Part shown: positions 59,947 through 64,000 of the stretch, in pieces
Layout: each line of letters opens with the position of its first letter
Numbering within the stretch: the first letter of the stretch is position 1
Source of the DNA: a bacterium
GTDB lineage: Bacteria; SM23-31
Direction: 5' to 3'
Length of the DNA: 64,000 nucleotides
NCBI GenBank assembly: GCA_965249485.1
Contig: OZ252239.1
Location: forward strand, 2,848,001 to 2,912,000
The notes under the pieces: generated by a model
The model's database searches: none
Seen by the model: only the letters and a program-made list of their open reading frames with translations
What the model was told of the DNA's origin: nothing
Position numbers and translations under genes: made by a program

Positions 59947-62506
59947 TTAGTTCTGCCAATGAACAAGATGCCATTCGAAAGGATTCACCTGATCAGAGCA
60001 GCGCGGAACTATACGGATCGTAAAACCATGCAATCCGCTTGTTGGACTTGAAATAGTTCCAGTATAATGGAATTTTTTACTTTTATTCCCTTCACATTCC
60101 ATAGACCGTGATTGTCCTTTAACTATTTTGCTGTCGTGATTCAACTTTCCAAAATAAATTTGCACATCGACATCATCCGGCTGCAGTGCTCCTAGTTCGA
60201 CTGCAACTTTAACCTGTAGATCGGAATTCACAAATATACCGTCATTGCTTTCAGTTTCAACATTGCAAATCTTTAGCTCATTCCAGTGCGATTCCGTTCT
60301 TTTCCGGAGATCACAATAATACTTTGCATACTCAAAATCATTTTCGCAGAATCGCTTGAATCTGTCGGCAACCTGCAGATAGTACTGCTCCGTATAGTCC
60401 TTCACCATCCCATTTTGTGTTGAATAACGGAGAGAGCACCTGCATCGTCTTCTTCATTTTTTTGATCCATCCCCACGGAATTCTGTCGTTGCCCCGGTCA
60501 TAGTAAAGTGGTATGATTTCCTTTTCAAGGATATTGTAGAGCATATTCGATTCTACTTTATCCTGATAATCGGTGTCTTCGTAATCTTCTCCTTTACCGA
60601 TCGACCAGCCGACATCAGGATCAAGATCAAACGCTTCGGCCCACCATCCGTCAACAACACTGAAATTCAACACACCGTTAAACATCGCTTTCATACCGCT
60701 CGTTCCGCTCGCTTCCATGGGTCTTCTCGGATTATTCAACCAGACATCGACACCAGTCACGAGGTAGCGAGCGGTCGTAATATTGTAATCCTCAAGAAAA
60801 ACGACATGCCTCCGTATTTCCGGATCCCGTGAAAAGTGAATAATCTCGCGAATGAGCTCTTTTCCATTTTCATCTTTCGGATGGGCTTTACCGGCAAGGA
60901 TGATTTGAACAGGACGGTCTCTATCACAAAGAAGTCTCTTTAACCGTTCTTTATCCTCAAGAATAAGTGTTGCCCGCTTATAAGGAGCAAACCGTCTGGC
61001 AAATCCAATTGTCAATGCATTTGGATCAAGCACTTCATATGCGGTATTAATGTGATACTCCGATGCTCCACGCTGTTCAAGCTGTTTGACGAGACGTTTG
61101 CGAGCATAACTGATAAGCCGCTCTCTTCTCCGCTCGTGTGTCCGCCACAGCTCTTCAGGCGGTATCTGCTCAATATTTTTCCATATAGTCTGATCTGACG
61201 GCTCATTGTACCACTCAGTGCCGAGATACCGGTCGAACAGACCTGCCATATCATGAGAAATCCATGACTGTGCATGGACACCGTTCGTGACTGATGAAAT
61301 CGGAACTTCATCAACCGGCACTTCGGGCCAGACATCCCGCCACATTTGCCGTGTGACATAACCATGGAGTTTGCTCACTCCATTGCAATACGACGACATC
61401 CGTAAGGCAAGTATAGCCATATTGAATTCTTCATCTTTTTCAGGATCAAGACAGCCTAGTTTGAGGATTTCAACCAATGGGATACCTAATGTGCCTGCGA
61501 AACCGGTAAAATACTTCTTCATTAACTGAATTTTAAACTTATCAATTCCGGCAGGAACCGGTGTATGCGTTGTAAACACATTACCCGATTTTACCACAAC
61601 ACGAGCTTGCTCAATATCCATATTGTACTTTTCGATGAAATAGCGCAGCCGCTCAAATGTAAGAAAGGCAGCATGTCCCTCATTCATATGGCATACATCA
61701 GGGACCATATTGAGAGCTTCGAGCATCCGGTGCCCCCCGATTCCAAGAATAATTTCCTGCCGTATCCGCATCTCTTTGTCCCCGCCATAGAGCTGATTCG
61801 TTATGGCCCTGCCTTCTGGATTATTTTCCTGCAAGTTTGTATCAAGCAAATAGAGGGGCACTCTTCCAGATTGAGCTTTCCAAACCTGAATATATACATC
61901 GCCATTGGGAAACTCAATTGAGATTTTTAACGGTTGTCCATCCTCCTTTAACACCTGCTTAATCGGCATGTTGTGGAAATCATTTTTCGGATAGAGTTCC
62001 TGCTGCCAACCGTCGATATTCAGATACTGCCGGAAGTAACCTTCCTGATATAACAGACCAACACCAACAAGCGGGATGCCCAAATCACTGGCAGATTTCA
62101 AGTGATCCCCGGCAAGTATACCTAGTCCCCCCGAATAGATCTGCAGGCATTCTGTTAAACCAAATTCAGCGGAAAAATACGCCCACGTCATATTGGACTT
62201 ATTATTAAATGTTTTTTTGAACCATGTCTCTCCTGTTATATACGCATCCATGTTTTTCTTAACACGTTCTACATGGGAAACAAAACTATCATTCTGAGAC
62301 AGTTTCTCTAATTTCTCTTGCTCAATTGTCCCCAGCATCAAAATCGGATTATGGTTCGTTGTCTCCCACAGTTCGCTATCAAGTCCGAGAAACAATGCAA
62401 TTGCGTCGTGATTCCATGACCACATCAGGTTATAGGCAATCGACTCAAATACTTTCAGATTTTCCGGAATTGCCGGATTAACTTTGAACGGTGTAATCGT
62501 TTTCAT
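59947..62506 (-). pseudogene. glgP: Alpha-glucan (glycogen) phosphorylase interrupted by one frameshift at ~60410
   Basis: YFSAEFG, YSGGLG.LAGD, NEGHAA, GFARRFAPYKR, EASGTSGMK in 60338-62506; the conserved FNT.RMV.DY junction is split, continuing as MVKDY in 59947-60408. Confidence 0.85.
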
Positions 62507-62605
62507 TATTTATGTCCTTTGCACTTTCTCTGAAGTTTCCATCATCAATCATTTCTTATTACATCACATTAGACAAATCACAGCAACACATCTTTTGAAC
62601 ATGAT

Positions 62606-64000
<1,395 letters not shown>

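Overview
This is a 64 kb chromosomal window from a diderm bacterium, probably FCB superphylum (inferred from the flagellin N-terminus, HU/IHF type, DUF2723, DUF4837 and bshA). Every supportable gene except one flagellin lies on the minus strand. In coordinate order it contains: heptose genes and bshA; a minimal cheW-MCP-cheA chemosensory cluster whose cheA is broken twice; NhaC and DASS transporters; a Tat-exported PaoABC-like molybdoenzyme; glcDEF; a variant (CxxxY-CcmE, no ccmH) cytochrome c maturation operon; rtcB and a TolB-like lipoprotein behind a histidine operon; a PLP decarboxylase cassette; tlpA/ccdA; a DUF2723 (GT-C-like) envelope locus; an HU/IHF gene lacking a canonical start codon; a sigma54-driven orphan flagellin; a class III cyclase; and a glycogen/glycolysis supercluster (pgk-eno-glgP-pfk-fbaB-pgm-gpmI-glgX-pckA). 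The most striking non-ORF signal is a ~220 bp promoter + leader peptide + attenuator module present twice. One copy is a canonical His-rich leader before hisG. The other is a diverged copy, with its His codons largely lost, in front of a PLP-dependent decarboxylase. No rRNA, tRNA, CRISPR or mobile-element genes were seen. Several frameshifts and substitutions at conserved residues could be real decay or assembly error, and this cannot be resolved without reads. All family calls come from motif recognition, not database searches.
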